Below, piece by piece: positions 11,649 through 24,262 of a DNA stretch of 64,000 bases; within the stretch, counting starts at the first letter, position 1, and every line of letters begins with the position of its first letter. Source of the DNA: Octopus sinensis (Eukaryota); the NCBI RefSeq assembly GCF_006345805.1, contig NC_042999.1, positions 10,788,001 through 10,852,000 on the forward strand, read 5' to 3'. A model generated the notes under the pieces. The model saw only the letters and a list, made by a program, of their open reading frames with translations, made no database searches and was not told the origin of the DNA. A program made the translations under genes and the position numbers.

Positions 11649-12426
11649 TAGGGTCAGTTGGGCACTGTCTATGAGAAAATCAGTGCCATGATGCAATTCA
11701 CTCTGCCAGAAATTTGGAAACAACATGCTGTACAGCTTGGCATGTGTGCTAGAAGCTCTGCTATGAACATTACAGAGTGTTTGGGTGTCAATCTAAGGAA
11801 ATGTACCGAGAGTGATAAAAATCAAACATCCAGTCAACATCATGGTGTCTGGAGTGATCAATAGTGATGGCAACGTTATGCCTCCATTCATCTTCCCACA
11901 CGGCCTCAGACTCAACACAGAGGCCTACACCAAGTTCCTGGCGGAGGTAGTGCTGCCCTGGCGGAGGAGGGTAGCTGCTGGAAGACCCTATGTCTGGCAA
12001 CAGAACTCTGCACTGTATCACACAAGCAGGAGAACCCAGTCATGGCTATCAGACAATTTCTGTGACCACATCACCCCTAACATCTGGTCACCAGACTGCA
12101 ACCCCCTTAATTATTGTGTGTGGGGGCACAATTAAGCAAGCGACCAACAAAACTCCTTGTAACACCTAAGATGAACTGAAGGCAAGGCTTATGGCAGCAT
12201 TCACCAACTTCAACAAGGAGGCCATCCAGAAGAGTTGCAAGAGATTCCAAAGTCGTCTGGAGACCATGGTTGAAGCCAATGGCGACTTTATTGAATAAAT
12301 TTACTCTTTAGTGTTTCAAGATATTTTTATTTAATTCTGGTAAATATATCTGTTAAAATGAGATGCCAGTGTTATGTTATTTCCATTTTTGCGTAACTTA
12401 GATGACAATATATTCACCACACCCTA
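11649..12426 (+). mobile_element. Internally deleted Tc1/mariner transposon, maT (DD37D)-like transposase relic
   Basis: KHPVNIMVSGVINSDG, WQQ(N)SA.YHTSRRTQSWL, WSPDCNPL(N)Y.VWG, and C-terminus RLETMVEANGDFIE* ending at 12298; catalytic D2 and D3 read N. Confidence 0.85.
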
Positions 12427-13329
12427 CACACACACACACACGCACCTTTCCCAATTCCAGACCTGATTGGTTTACATTGTAATTCAGTACATGTGAAGAG
12501 TGATTAAGTCCTTAATACTGTTTGGTTTGCTTTACTTTCAGCAGCAGTGCGGTATCGTATGATTTTGACACATGCATAATAAAATGGCTAGCACTTCATT
12601 CAACTTGTCTATATTCTTTACTAGAATCAATCTTGCCATTCTTAATGTATTTATTAATCTTTTCCACACGTTACATGAAATCTCTTGCTAACAGGTATTT
12701 AAGAAGCAGCTTTTTAAAAACCCAAACGTTTATTACATTAAGTTAAAAGTCTTTAAATTCATTTTCAGATGACATCACATCAACACCACCACACATCATC
12801 ATCATCATCATCATCATCATCAACACATTGCTGGAATATAAATTTGCAAGTTATAACTTCAAATTCATTGCAGGCATCTGTTGCATTTTGAACAGCACAC
12901 ATTTTTGCACATTACTTCAGATCCCTTTATCAGGAAAAAACACTGGATCCTCTAGGAATGTCATCCATATCAGACTAGCAGCTTATTAGAAGAAGATTTA
13001 TTTATCATCTCCATGAAACTACAGCTAAGCACTGACTTTCAAGTGGCTCTCAAACCTAAAGAGGAATTTTTTTTTTTTTTTTCATAATTAGCAACGCTGA
13101 GTTAAATGTCATAGACACAGTGTGCTATACCATAGCAATATAATGTAGTCTACTTGAAACATTATGTAACAGAGATCAGAGATTGTGCAAAGCAATAAAA
13201 ACATTGTTAATCTATCATATCTAGAGCCTGGATGGTATTCCAAGAGTTCCTGGTTTCTTTCAATAGATCTTCTATTTTCTTTCTTGTACAGCATTGTGAT
13301 GTAGTCCTGTTGCTGGACACTTATGGTCT

Positions 13330-13480
13330 TTAACCTATTTAATACCAATCTACCTGACTACCCCTTGTTCTATGATATAAATTTCTTGTTTTAAAATGAT
13401 CTAAGTTAAAACCTTCTGTGAAAATCTCAAGTAAATTTACGTTCCAAATACCAAATAATAACGACAGAGTTATTTTACAA
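13330..13480 (-). mobile_element. piggyBac-like MITE family 1 fragment
   Basis: ttctatgatataaatttc...taagttaaaccttc...gttccaaatacc matches 15919 and 50889. Confidence 0.55.
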
Positions 13481-13577
13481 AATTCATTATTTCCAGTGGA
13501 ACAAGACCTATTCCCCTTCTGTGAATATTTAATAAAGGATTCAATTCAAAATTCCAAGAACATTACTAAGTATAACA

Positions 13578-13650
13578 AACACCTGAAGTTGGCTGAATGG
13601 AACAACAGCTGAAATGTTGTGCTTAAACAACAAGATGAGCATTAGTTCAA
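13578..13650 (+). ncRNA. Decayed minimal hammerhead-like motif homologous to the SINE tail at 7.6 kb
   Basis: ACAC-CTGAAGT-T-GGCTG-loop-CAGCT-GAAAT-GTT-GTG, then AACAAGATGAG and TCAAATGTA shared with 7630-7660. Confidence 0.45.
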
Positions 13651-13789
13651 ATGTATCAGTGCAGAATGAAATAATATCCCTTTCACCTATTTACTGAAAA
13701 CATACAACCTCCTATATAGCAGTTTCTGTATCTGTGTCTCACTATAATCTTTCATCCTCTGACTGAAGATCACCTCCCCCCCCCCAATG

Positions 13790-14100
13790 CCCCCCTCCTG
13801 TGTCTTGCAAGTTCCTTGGTAACGCTGCTGGCACTGGTGCCATGTAGAAAACATCAAGTGGTTGGCATTTGGAAGGGTATCCAGCTGGAAAAACCATGCC
13901 AAAATTGACCTTGTTTGTGCTGGTGCCATGTATAAAGCACTCAGTCTATTCTGCAGGGTGGTTGGTGTTAGGAAGGGCATCCAGCCAAAAAAACCCTACC
14001 AAAGCAAGCACAGGAGTCTGGTGTAGCCTTCTACCTGGCCAGCTCCTGTCAAACTGTCCAACCAATGCTAGCACAGAAAGTGGACATTAAATGATGAAGA
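13790..14100 (+). mobile_element. RTE LINE 3' fragment
   Basis: tggttggtgttaggaagggcatccagcc...caaccaatgctagcacagaaagtggacattaaatgatgaagatg tail. Confidence 0.8.
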
Positions 14101-14159
14101 TGTTGTTGAGGATGATACAAATTCAATATTACCATTATTTTATGCTGTTATAGATTAGT

Positions 14160-14569
14160 GGATCTTTTCGGTTTGAACGGCAGTTTTTTCTAGTGGTGTC
14201 ATATGAAATTGCCACCCATAATTATGACCCTAGAATCGATCTATTGCATTTCAATCTCTTTTAGGGTTAGGGGTGGGGGAAGGGTATCTTTTTTTCTTCA
14301 CAAATGTAAATAAACCCAATCTGTTTCTTAAACGAAGGACATATTCATACGGCACAGAATGATTTCACCTCAATAGACGGTCATTGATTGGTTGAAATTG
14401 CCGAAATGCAAGAAAGTAAAGACCAAATATCTTACAAAGTATAGAATTTTCTCAATAAAGCCAAGAGAAAAAGATGTTTTATAAACACATTCTACCAGTA
14501 TACGAAGTTTAAAATTTTTTAGTTACCTAGAAATTACGTTAAAAGCTGCCGTTCAAACCGAAAAGATCC
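14160..14569. mobile_element. MITE with 24-bp perfect TIR and 8-bp TSD (Merlin-like)
   Basis: GGATCTTTTCGGTTTGAACGGCAG ... CTGCCGTTCAAACCGAAAAGATCC, flanked by AGATTAGT at 14152-14159 and 14570-14577. Confidence 0.92.
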
Positions 14570-15119
14570 AGATTAGTCAAGTCTGCATATTCAGCATACC
14601 TTCTGTCTCAATTCTAGGTTTCGTCTATGAAATATTATCACCTCAGATCTCCTCAAACTGATTCTTTTTAAGTATTCTTGATCTGTAGACGTTTACTTTA
14701 ACCAAAACCTATTCAGATTTTTAACCAGCATGTATCACCCATTTCTGTTCCCATTTCATACAAACGTGTTTGTCTTTTCTTCTCAAATGGTGCCATTACT
14801 TATTTCATTAATATCTCCCTATTTTACTCTATCGTGCATCCAATAGGAGTCAACTGGTTCATCTCCAATCAATACCATTTCCTCAGTATACATTTTCCTA
14901 TTATTTCACAGCCATAACCAACTAATACTATCACAAAGAACACTTCTGACATATCCCAAACTATAATTGGCTTCTGTAGACAAGAAGAAATTTTTCGTTA
15001 CTCACAGAATTTCCACTAACTCAATCCCTATCCACCATGTCTTTCTTGCCCAACTTCCATTACTAAATACACCACTGAAGTATCAAAATATCTTCCATCA
15101 TTAAACCAAAGACATAGTC

Positions 15120-15290
15120 TCTATGTCGTTGTTTGACCTGCAAGAAAAACAGCTAAATCTCTCTACAATCTAACTTTACACAAGCACACATTGGATAATG
15201 AAGAATATATGAACCACAAGTCGGATGATCATTGACAGACCATCTTGATCATAGATCTGCTGAATCAGGCCAACCTGGAGCTAAACAACA
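15120..15290 (+). repeat. Dispersed repeat fragment related to the 107-bp minisatellite unit
   Basis: gacctgcaagaaaaacagctaaatctctc resembles gacctggtagaaatagcagccaaatctccc; ends ctggagctaaacaac like 23190-23295. Confidence 0.55.
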
Positions 15291-15411
15291 TCTATTGTTA
15301 AGTTCCTAACATTTAATACCTGATTTCTTAAAGAATATGAATGATTTTCATTTTTTTTCCCTTGTTTTTGCTCATTTCTTTGGGTAAATCTGTTAAAATA
15401 AGTTACATTAC

Positions 15412-15454
15412 CAAATGAAGCTTCACTACCAACAGCAATAATTTCTGTACTCAC
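15412..15454 (-). CDS. Candidate 43-nt exon (VSTEIIAVGSEASF-G) or recursive splice site
   Basis: tatttttgttttgtttctcttcacag|GTGAGTACAG...TCATTTG|gtaatg; only phase 0 is stop-free. Confidence 0.4.
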
Positions 15455-15918
15455 CTGTGAAGAGAAACAAAACAAAAATAACGATAAGTATTAAACAATT
15501 ATAAATGCAAAAATATTTCTCATTTCAATCATAAAATACAGGGTGTGCAAAAAAAAAAATCTTAGATTCATAATCTTGGTAAATGTTAAAACAGTAAATG
15601 CAGTGTTCTCCAGTCTAAACCATGATATTCATTGTGGAGTGGCACAGTACAACATTAATTTCATGAAGACATTCTTCTAACGTCATTAGTGCCACACCAA
15701 TAGACATGTAAAATATAGATTTTTCTGTTGTAAATTTTTAATCAATGCACAAATTTAAAGTAGTGAAGCAGAAAGAAAAATTAAATTATTTTATATTTAA
15801 TGGTGAAAGATTACATAAATGTTTGCTGATTTGATGGGAATTTTTCTAAGTTTTATCCACAAAAAGTCTTTTGAGTCTTCTAAGATGCTACTGAAAAACG
15901 ATGTACACTTCTAATTAA

Positions 15919-16143
15919 CCCCTTTGGATACCGACCCACCTGAAACTACCTCTAGGTTTATGATACAAAATTTCTGTTCTAAAATTACCTAAATTAAAAC
16001 TTTCCATCAAAATTTCAAGATAATTTATATGTTCCAAACACCAGCTTAATAATAGCAAGGTCATTTTACTGAATTTTTTGTTATTTTCAAAATTAGATGA
16101 AACGAAGACAAGTGTATTTCAACAAAAATATGGTAACGAAGGA
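15919..16143 (-). mobile_element. piggyBac-like MITE family 1
   Basis: TTAA|CCCCTTTGGATACC ... GGTAACGAAGGA|TTAA; internal match to 6879. Confidence 0.8.
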
Positions 16144-17179
16144 TTAAGAAAATTACAATCGATGGGTCTTCAGAAAGCTCCTCCCTCAGATGAATAAGTC
16201 ATGAGTTCATAATCTGCTATTACCATAGAACCTCTTTCACTCCACTTAGAAGAGAAGCACAGAAAGCTAAAACTTCACCAAATCACCCAAACCCATAGAT
16301 CCTATTCTTACCCACAATTGCTACAGCAAAGAGAGAAAATCTCTCTAGATAAGACACTAAACACAACAAAATCACTAGGCAATTGTTGGGTGCTCCCACT
16401 GTCTACATCAGTGAATTGTGTCGCTCTATTTGGAGCTTGGTCTAATGACCATTATGTGTTGTTTTAGTTGCAGGCAGAACTGCTAAACACTTCACAAGCA
16501 GTTCAGTTTCACTATCCACATTCATTCATGAAACACTTAGTAATCGTAAGTGGTGAACAAAACCAAACTGAAATCTCAAGACACAAAAGTGAATGAAGAT
16601 GTTAAGAAAGCTTATTTAAGAAAATTGTTAAGAAATTTTTTCACAACTGGGTTAAGTCTCTGAAATCAAAGAAGCAGTTTATTAGAACCAGAACTCCATT
16701 ACAACTCTCTCCAAGTTTAGATAGACTGTTATACACTGTATTAAATTTTAGCAAGTAAGACAGACGTGCAAAAGTGTCTAAAAAAAAGAGAACTGAATAA
16801 ATATCGTCTGGGAGATGAGCAAAGCAAACTTGAATATTAAAGCTGTATTTATATGAATGCAAAAACCATCTGTGAACTTTAAAAGTTTCCAAGATTCTTT
16901 TTTTTTAAATTTATTTTTTACTTCCATTTTTTTTTTGTTTTAAAAGGAAAATAAACAAAACTTGAGCTAAATGATATTAGCATATGGTGATGATTTGATG
17001 AAGTAATGCCTTAATTCCAATTGTTTGGAAGGTAAAACGGTAGAAGTTGTGAATGAGAAGATCTGGATCACAAGTTGAGGTCCGTGATGTTGATGATGAT
17101 GATGACTGAGATATCTACCTTTGGCACAGGACCACACACATGCATTTGTAGGGAATAGCCATGACTGACTAATCTAGTC

Positions 17180-17592
17180 TCAGTATATATAACTGGTATT
17201 ACTTATTATCGATTCTAGTTCCAAGATGAAAGGCAAACTTTCAACCTAGTTCTTGAGTGCTACTTTATTTCATCAACCCCCAAAAGGATAAAAAGCAAAT
17301 CCGAACACAGTTGGATTAAGCCAAAAGAAATGGTGCTAACAATTCTGCCAGCTCATCACCTTGCTACTGCTGCTACTATTAATAATAATGATGGTTTCAA
17401 ATTTTGGCACAAGGCCAGCAATTTTGGAGGAGGGGAGCAAGTCAATTACATCAACCCCAGTGCTCAACTGGTACTTATTTTATCAACCCTGAAGAGTCAA
17501 TCTCAGCAGAATTTGAACTCAGAATGTAAAAATGGATGAAACACTTCTATGCATCTTATCCGGCATGCTAACAATTCTGCCAGTACACCGCC
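17180..17592 (-). mobile_element. Two tandem SINE copies (family of 45342)
   Basis: gctaacaattctgccagctcatcacc and gctaacaattctgccagtacaccgcc heads; ggtacttattttatcaaccc; gaatttgaactcagaa. Confidence 0.75.
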
Positions 17593-19399
17593 TTACTAAT
17601 ACTACTACTAATAATAATGATGATGATGATGCTAAAAGCAGGATAATGAGAGGGAAAAAAGGGAAAACATGGCTTATGCCCATATTGTGAAAACAGATAA
17701 GAAATCATTGATGTTAAAGTGCTTTGTTGACTGATAAAAGAAATTATCTAATCTATCTGTATAACGTAGAATAAAATAATCAGATGTTAGAACACACACA
17801 CATAAAAATAAACAAACAGAAATATTGGTAATTTCATTTCTAAATGTAATCATTTAAAAAAAAACGAAAGGAAATCTCTGAAAATTTTATCTTTTTTCTC
17901 TTTCTTGTAGGCTGTTCAATTTAGCAGAAGTTATAGAAATAATGATTTTAAATACCATTCTCAGATTAAAAGAAAAAAAAAATGAAAAAAAACTTTTTAA
18001 AAACCTTCAATATTTGTATTTTCAGTGTAAATATATATCACTAATTAAGAACGATTTTTAAATTGATATAAAATAAATATTAGATGAATACTGGACCGCG
18101 AAATAATAATAATAATAATAATAATAATAAGGAAATTATTGTAAAAATATAGAATTATGGAAATTTCCACAAGAAGTTAATGCCCAATTAGTCTTGCATT
18201 TTCTCAAAGGGTGTTGGGATAAAAAAAAAAAACTTGCATAGTAGTGAGTAAAGTCATGTAATAAGCATGCATACATCAAGAGATAGAGAGGGAGGAGAGA
18301 AAGAGGGAGGGAGGGGAGAAAGAGAGTGGGAGGGAAATTATCTAGATCTAGAAACAAAACAGTTTTATTGTTACATTTGTTTTTTTGGGGGTTGTTTTTT
18401 TTTTCTTTCTTTTTTTTTTTTACTTTTACCCAGAGCATTTTTCAAAGGAAAGAAATACAAATAAATCTTTAGATGAGATAGATTAGATAAGAAAAATATG
18501 CTTCTCTGGGCATTTTCAAGCTAACTCTGATGTTGAATAAAAAAGAAAATCAATAGAAGTCTACTACAGGATCTTCTACAGCTACGAGTAGAGTATACAC
18601 ACACGAGAGAGAGAGAGGAAAATATAATCATCTGAGTGTATATATTATGCAGTTTATGTATATTAGGAGTGGAACTGTTCCTATTAAAAGCAAGGATTCT
18701 TAATGGCTGACAGAGTTAAGAGAATACATTAAGAAATATAATGGCATCATTTTTCCCAGTATAAAATTTTTTACAAAATATTTGATAGTCTTAAAAATCC
18801 ATTTAAATTATAAACCTGTATTTAAAATGTATACTTCTAGGCTGGCATATCATTATTATTATTATTTTTTTTTTGTCTCTATATAATACTGTCTGTAAAA
18901 CTCTCTGAAGTCTAACCTCATCACCTTTTAGTCTTTGTCATAAGGTTTCTCCTCAACCAATATATTGTACTTTTTTGTCACCTAGAAAGTATCACCTATG
19001 ACATTATATATCCACCACACCAACACATACTCTTTCCTCTGGTTGCATGTATATCAATGTTTAATGCCCAGTTGATTAATCAGCCCACTTAGTATTAATC
19101 TTTCATGCAAATTAATGTTACCCATCCAACAGATCATATTCAACTCATTCTTCTCTGGTGTCAGAGAATCTGCCATGCTCCCCATCCACCCTCACACTTC
19201 TCACATCACATTTCATAAACTCTGCTCTTTACAGGTTTCTTTCCAAACACATTTCAACTATTTTATTATAACAAACCAAGAAGACTATTTGAAATGCCAC
19301 TTGCAAATGTTTTAACCTCCTAGCATTTAAACTGACCATATCCAGCCAAAATATTCTACCTGTTTTATGTTCAAACTGGCTTGCAGCAGTATTTTACAT

Positions 19400-19738
19400 C
19401 GTCTTTTATTTGGCAACCCTACAGGTGTTAGTGCCACACCAAAAGTATCTGTGTTGACGCCATGTAGTGCCACCTTTACTAACACCACATAAAAGGCATC
19501 CTATGCTGGCACCATGTAAGAAGCACTCATGCTGGTGTTGCATAAAAAAACACCTGTGATGGTGCCACATAAAACAGCACCCAGTAGACTGTGCAAAGTG
19601 ATTGGCATTAGGAAGGGCATCCAGTTGTAGAAAGCATACCAAAACAGGCAAACAGAGCCTAGTTCAGTTCTCCAGCTCCTATCAAACCATCCAACTCATG
19701 CCAGCACGGAAAACAGATGTTAAATGATGATGATGAAT
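19400..19738 (+). mobile_element. RTE LINE 3' fragment with internal gtgcca...taaaaagcacc repeats
   Basis: ggcattaggaagggcatccagttgtagaaa...cagatgttaaatgatgatgatg; preceded by a family-2 MITE fragment at 19315-19385. Confidence 0.8.
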
Positions 19739-19847
19739 TTTTTCATGGTGACATGAATGAGACAGGTTTTTTTAAGACCGTGATTCACAGCTAGATGCTC
19801 TTCCAGTTACCAGGCTGTTTAGGTACCTCTCCAGCCCTTTTAAAGAG

Positions 19848-20168
19848 TAAAAAGTAAAGACCCCCTTCAGTCATGAATGACTATGGGATTGCACCTACAA
19901 AATTCCCCTCCAAGGCACAAGTCCATGGAAGGTTGTTAATGGAAGACCAGCAGTTGCCTATGATACCAGCCTCCCCTCTCCATGCCACTGATATTATCCA
20001 AGGGAAAGGCAAAGGTCAATAGGGTCTAGCACCAGTGACATCACAACTCAACTGGAACCATGTGAAATAAAGTGTCTTGCTCAAGAACACAACACACAGC
20101 CCGATCCAGGAATCGAACTTACTACCCCATGGTTGTGAGTCCAACGCTCTAACCACTCAGCCATGCAC
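19848..20168 (-). mobile_element. tRNA-SINE, older copy of the 11000 family
   Basis: aagacccccttcagtcatgaatgac...gtgtcttgctcaagaacacaacac...ctctaaccactcagccatg. Confidence 0.88.
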
Positions 20169-20364
20169 CTTCTATTGGGTCATGCCACCTCTTAAAACAT
20201 GCAGGAACATGGAGCCTACATTGAGAGATTGTCACATCTCCAATAAATCATATCTTTTTGTTATGATATTTCTCTATCATTTTATCCAACCATGACAACT
20301 TGATTCCAGTTGAGTTTTCAAAATAACTTCTTGTCCGACTGTCTTACTCTTGCTACCATCTTCA

Positions 20365-20540
20365 CCTTTTAACATCCAGGTTCCACAATGGCACAGGTTG
20401 GACATTTTGACAGGATCCAACAAGTTCAAGGACAACATCATGCTTCAAATGTCTGCTTCAGGCTAAATGCGCTTCCTAATGCCAACCACTTCACAGCATG
20501 TACTCGGTGCTCTTCTTGTGGTACCAGTACAAGTGAGGTC
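20365..20540 (-). mobile_element. Decayed RTE-type tail
   Basis: ttttaacatcc...cttcctaatgccaaccacttcacag. Confidence 0.55.
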
Positions 20541-20859
20541 ACCATGCAGCTCAAAAGACTACCATTTCCAAGTGAGTGAGGCTGCAATAGGGAGGGAAGC
20601 ATTAGGGAAGAGAACAGGTTCCTTGCTGTAGAGGGGCTACATGGCTACTCAGATTATAGAAAAGAGGCTAAAGATGACGAGGAAGTAGAAACAGATAAGA
20701 ACAGTGGTGATGAGGTGCCAGTGTGGCACCTCAAGGCACAAGGAAGTGAATAGAAATGAATGGAGACAGAAGAACAGCAAGTGTGGGGGATTGGTAGAAG
20801 CTGCAATTTACAAAACTTTTGTAGTTACAGACCTCATTTCAATTTTCCCTACCCACAAA

Positions 20860-21133
20860 AATTAGATGCCAGTGCCACCTGACTTGCGTCCGTGTCAGTG
20901 ACACGTAAAAGCACCAACCGATCATGGCCGTTTGCCAGCCCCGTCTGGCCCCTGTGCCAATGGCATGTAAAAACACCCAATACACCCACGGAGTGGTTGG
21001 CGTTAGGAAGGGCATCCAGCTAAAGAAACCAGACTGGAGCTTGGTGCAGCCTCCATGGCTTACCAGACCCTGGTCAAACCGTCCAACCCATGCTAGCATG
21101 GAAAACGGATGTTAAATGATGATGATGATGATG
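20860..21133 (+). mobile_element. RTE LINE 3' fragment
   Basis: gagtggttggcgttaggaagggcatccagc...ccgtccaacccatgctagcatggaaaacggatgttaaa(tga)n. Confidence 0.88.
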
Positions 21134-22795
21134 ACAACTAACCAAAGTTTACTTTACATATTTTATTCTACAGGCATTCTGAACACGTATCAAACTAAAT
21201 GTAACATTCATGCGGAATATTTTAGAGTAAATTTAAATGAAAATCTTTCTTCTGTAGCTTCCAAGTTTTTCTAAAATATTTTCTATGTTTCAATTTTTAG
21301 TGAAGCATAAAAAAATACTTGTATGCTATTAGAAACCAAGGACTTCTCCATTACTGTTTTCCGAAGCCTACTTTTTACACACGTTTTAATCATTTCTCCC
21401 TTTGGCACAAGGCCAGAGATTACAATGGAAGGGTACATATGATTGAAATAACTCCGCTACATACTTATACTTATTTTATTGAGTCTGCAGGGAAGCAAGA
21501 CAATCTGGTGGAAATTGAGAAATAATATATAAACAAAAAAAAAAGAGATATTACAAAATATTTTAATGCATTTCACCAAGGATTCTAACATTTCTCTTCC
21601 CCTACTGCTCCTCCATATGACTATATCAACTTTGAATGAGATTATTCAATAGTTTGATTTATTATTGCATCCAGAACGTCTTTAATTTCATAATAAAAAT
21701 TATCCCCCTATCCAATAGAAAAATCACACATTTTCCTAACAGAAATAACTTAAAATGAGATAAGCGACCGGTTTCTGCTGTGCTATTTTCGTGTGGGTCT
21801 TCAACATTTATTTTTCAATGGTAATACACAGTAATAGGCTGCAAGGGCCCACTCTTCTATTCATATGAATCTCCATATTTCCCATTCTATGAAACATTGA
21901 TATTTACACATCTATAACAATTATTTGAATAAAATAGCCAATACGAGAGAGTGAAGGTGGCAGTTGCAAGTTTTAATTGTATAAAATAGTGTTGGTGACA
22001 CTGTGAAAACTATTCAGGGTTACTGAATACAGGGGAAGTAAAAAAGAAGTGAGGACATCACAAAACTAACTGACATAGGTCTATGTGGCACCTGAGGTTG
22101 TTATGTGGGAACTCAAAATCTCAGCTTTTATAATGCTCCAATGGGTTTCTAAAAAACTTGACAGGACTATTTGGTGGGAAAGTTTCAGTTCACTTGGTTA
22201 CAAACCAGTTGATCTCATTATCTGAGCCATGTTCACAACACAATGAGCTTTTCTAAACAGGCCTTGCCTTTTATGGTGGCATGGTAGGCTGTGGGCCTAC
22301 ATTGCTACTTGAATGCAATGTTCAAAAAACAGAATGAGACACACCGTGTGACCAGGTCTAATTCCAGATGAATAACTTTTGCAAGTAGTCATCATTTATT
22401 ATTAATTACCCATCGTTTTTAGCATTAGTAAAAATAGCAGAAATTAACAGGAGACATTTTTTTTGAAAGAGGGGTTTGGTTCATATTTGAGGTGTGTGTG
22501 TGCGTATGTGTGTGCGTGCATGCGTGCTTTATACACACTGCCTTCATTCAATTGTGTTCTGAAATGAACAATACATATGAGGAATTGTTGCATTTAGATC
22601 TGCAGCTACAGGTAGATAATAACCCAAAAACCAAGAATGGCATTAAGTAGCATAATGCCAGCAAACATAAACTGCATTTTGGCAGGTGAAGTTGAAACTG
22701 TCCAATTCTATAAGCTTTTAGCTCTGTAATATTATATCTACAACACGTAGAAGAGTTGACACTAATGTGAAATAAAATCATTTTTTGGAGCTCAC

Positions 22796-22821
22796 CAAAT
22801 AAAGCGTTTTGCTGAAATCTG
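22796..22821 (-). CDS. Candidate 26-nt microexon, gene unknown
   Basis: tctcattctgttcacattcag|CAGATTTCAGCAAAACGCTTTATTTG|gtgagc; tandem CAGCAG acceptor; one frame (DFSKTLYL) is phase-compatible with the 15454 exon. Confidence 0.25.
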
Positions 22822-23334
22822 CTGAATGTGAACAGAATGAGAAATTTTATCCTGTTTATGTGAGAAGACATATTTACTCTGCTTGAATCATGTCAAAGTT
22901 GATAGTTATAAGTAATTAACAAAGGAGAATATACCTGTAAAAACACACCTTGATATATTTATTTTTAATATCAAATGAATAACCACTCTAATTTAGAAGC
23001 TATATAAAAAAGGAATCAAGTATTTGCTAAATATTCAATGTAGAATGGTTTCTTACAGACTATGAAACCTATCTTTGCAATTTTATCAATGCCAAAGGAG
23101 AAAGAGTCCTTTGATCTACAAGAAATAGCAGTCATATCTTCAAATCACACAATATCACCATCAAAAAAATTAGGAGGGATAGGTGGGACAATGTTACCCT
23201 TAAATAAACAAAAAGGACATGATGGTCATGGCTGGAACACCTTCGATCATATGTCCTGCTCAATCAGAGTTGAGAAGAGGTTAAATAGCAACAACAACCT
23301 TCAAATGAAACAAAAATAAGTACCCTCTGGACGT

Positions 23335-23740
23335 TGGGCAATATGCTGTTCTTGAGAAGCTGCGTCAAGCCTAGTGAAATCGTAGAAGTGGTCTATGCAA
23401 GTGTCGTGCCAGTGTCACATAAAAAGCTCCCCTCAAACACTGGGTCTCAGAGAGGCAGAAAGAAGGGACCAAAACCTCTGGTGATCTACTGTACTTGAGA
23501 AGACCTCTCAAGCCAAGTGAGATCATAGCTGATGCTGGTGTTTCATAACTGGCACCTGTGCTGGTAGCAGATAAAAGCACCCATTACACTCTCGGAGTGT
23601 TTGGCATTAGGAAGGGCATCCAGCCATAGAAACCATACTAAATCAGATTGGAACCTGGTGCAGCTCCCCAGCTTACCAGTTTTCAATCAAACTGTCCAAC
23701 CCATGCTAGCATGGAAAACAGACATTACATGATGATGATG
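23335..23740 (+). mobile_element. RTE LINE 3' end including the last ORF codons (duplicated)
   Basis: WQYAVLEK-like end (tatgctgttcttgagaag, repeated as ctactgtacttgagaagacc), 3' UTR and (ATG)n tail. Confidence 0.8.
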
Positions 23741-23854
23741 ATAGACAGACAGACAGACAGACAGACAGATCATATCATATCATATTATATTATGTCATTA
23801 TGCTTATTTTTTGCAAGATTCCTGATGTGAAATCCTGCATTGAAACTGATTCTA

Positions 23855-24060
23855 TTATTCTTTTATTTGTTTCAGTCCTTTGACTGTGGCCATGCTGAAG
23901 CACTGCCTTTAGTCGAACAAATCAACTCCAGGACTTATTCTTTGTAAGCCTACTACTTATTCTATCGGTCTCTTTTGCCGAACCACTAAGTTATTGGGAC
24001 GTAAATACACCAGCATTGGTTGTCAAGCGATGTTGGAGGGACAAATACAAACACACACAT

Positions 24061-24091
<31 letters not shown>

Positions 24092-24262
24092 CACACAACA
24101 TGCTTCTTTCAGTTTCCGTCTACCAAATCCACTTACAAGGCATTGGTTAGCCCAAGGCTATAGTAGAACACACAAGCCCAAGGTGCCACACAGTGGTACC
24201 AAACCCGGAACCATATGGTTGGGAAGCAAGCTACTTACCACACAGCAATTCCTGTGCCTATG
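23855..24262 (-). mobile_element. Full-length tRNA-SINE (family of 30976/44327)
   Basis: tttgactgtggccatgctg...tctcttttgccgaacc...tcagtttccgtctaccaaatccac...ctacttaccacacagc. Confidence 0.9.

Noticed and set aside
14700-15080. Possible minus-strand LINE relic
   Set aside because: Only vague resemblance to RTE C-terminal motifs; cannot be supported by eye.
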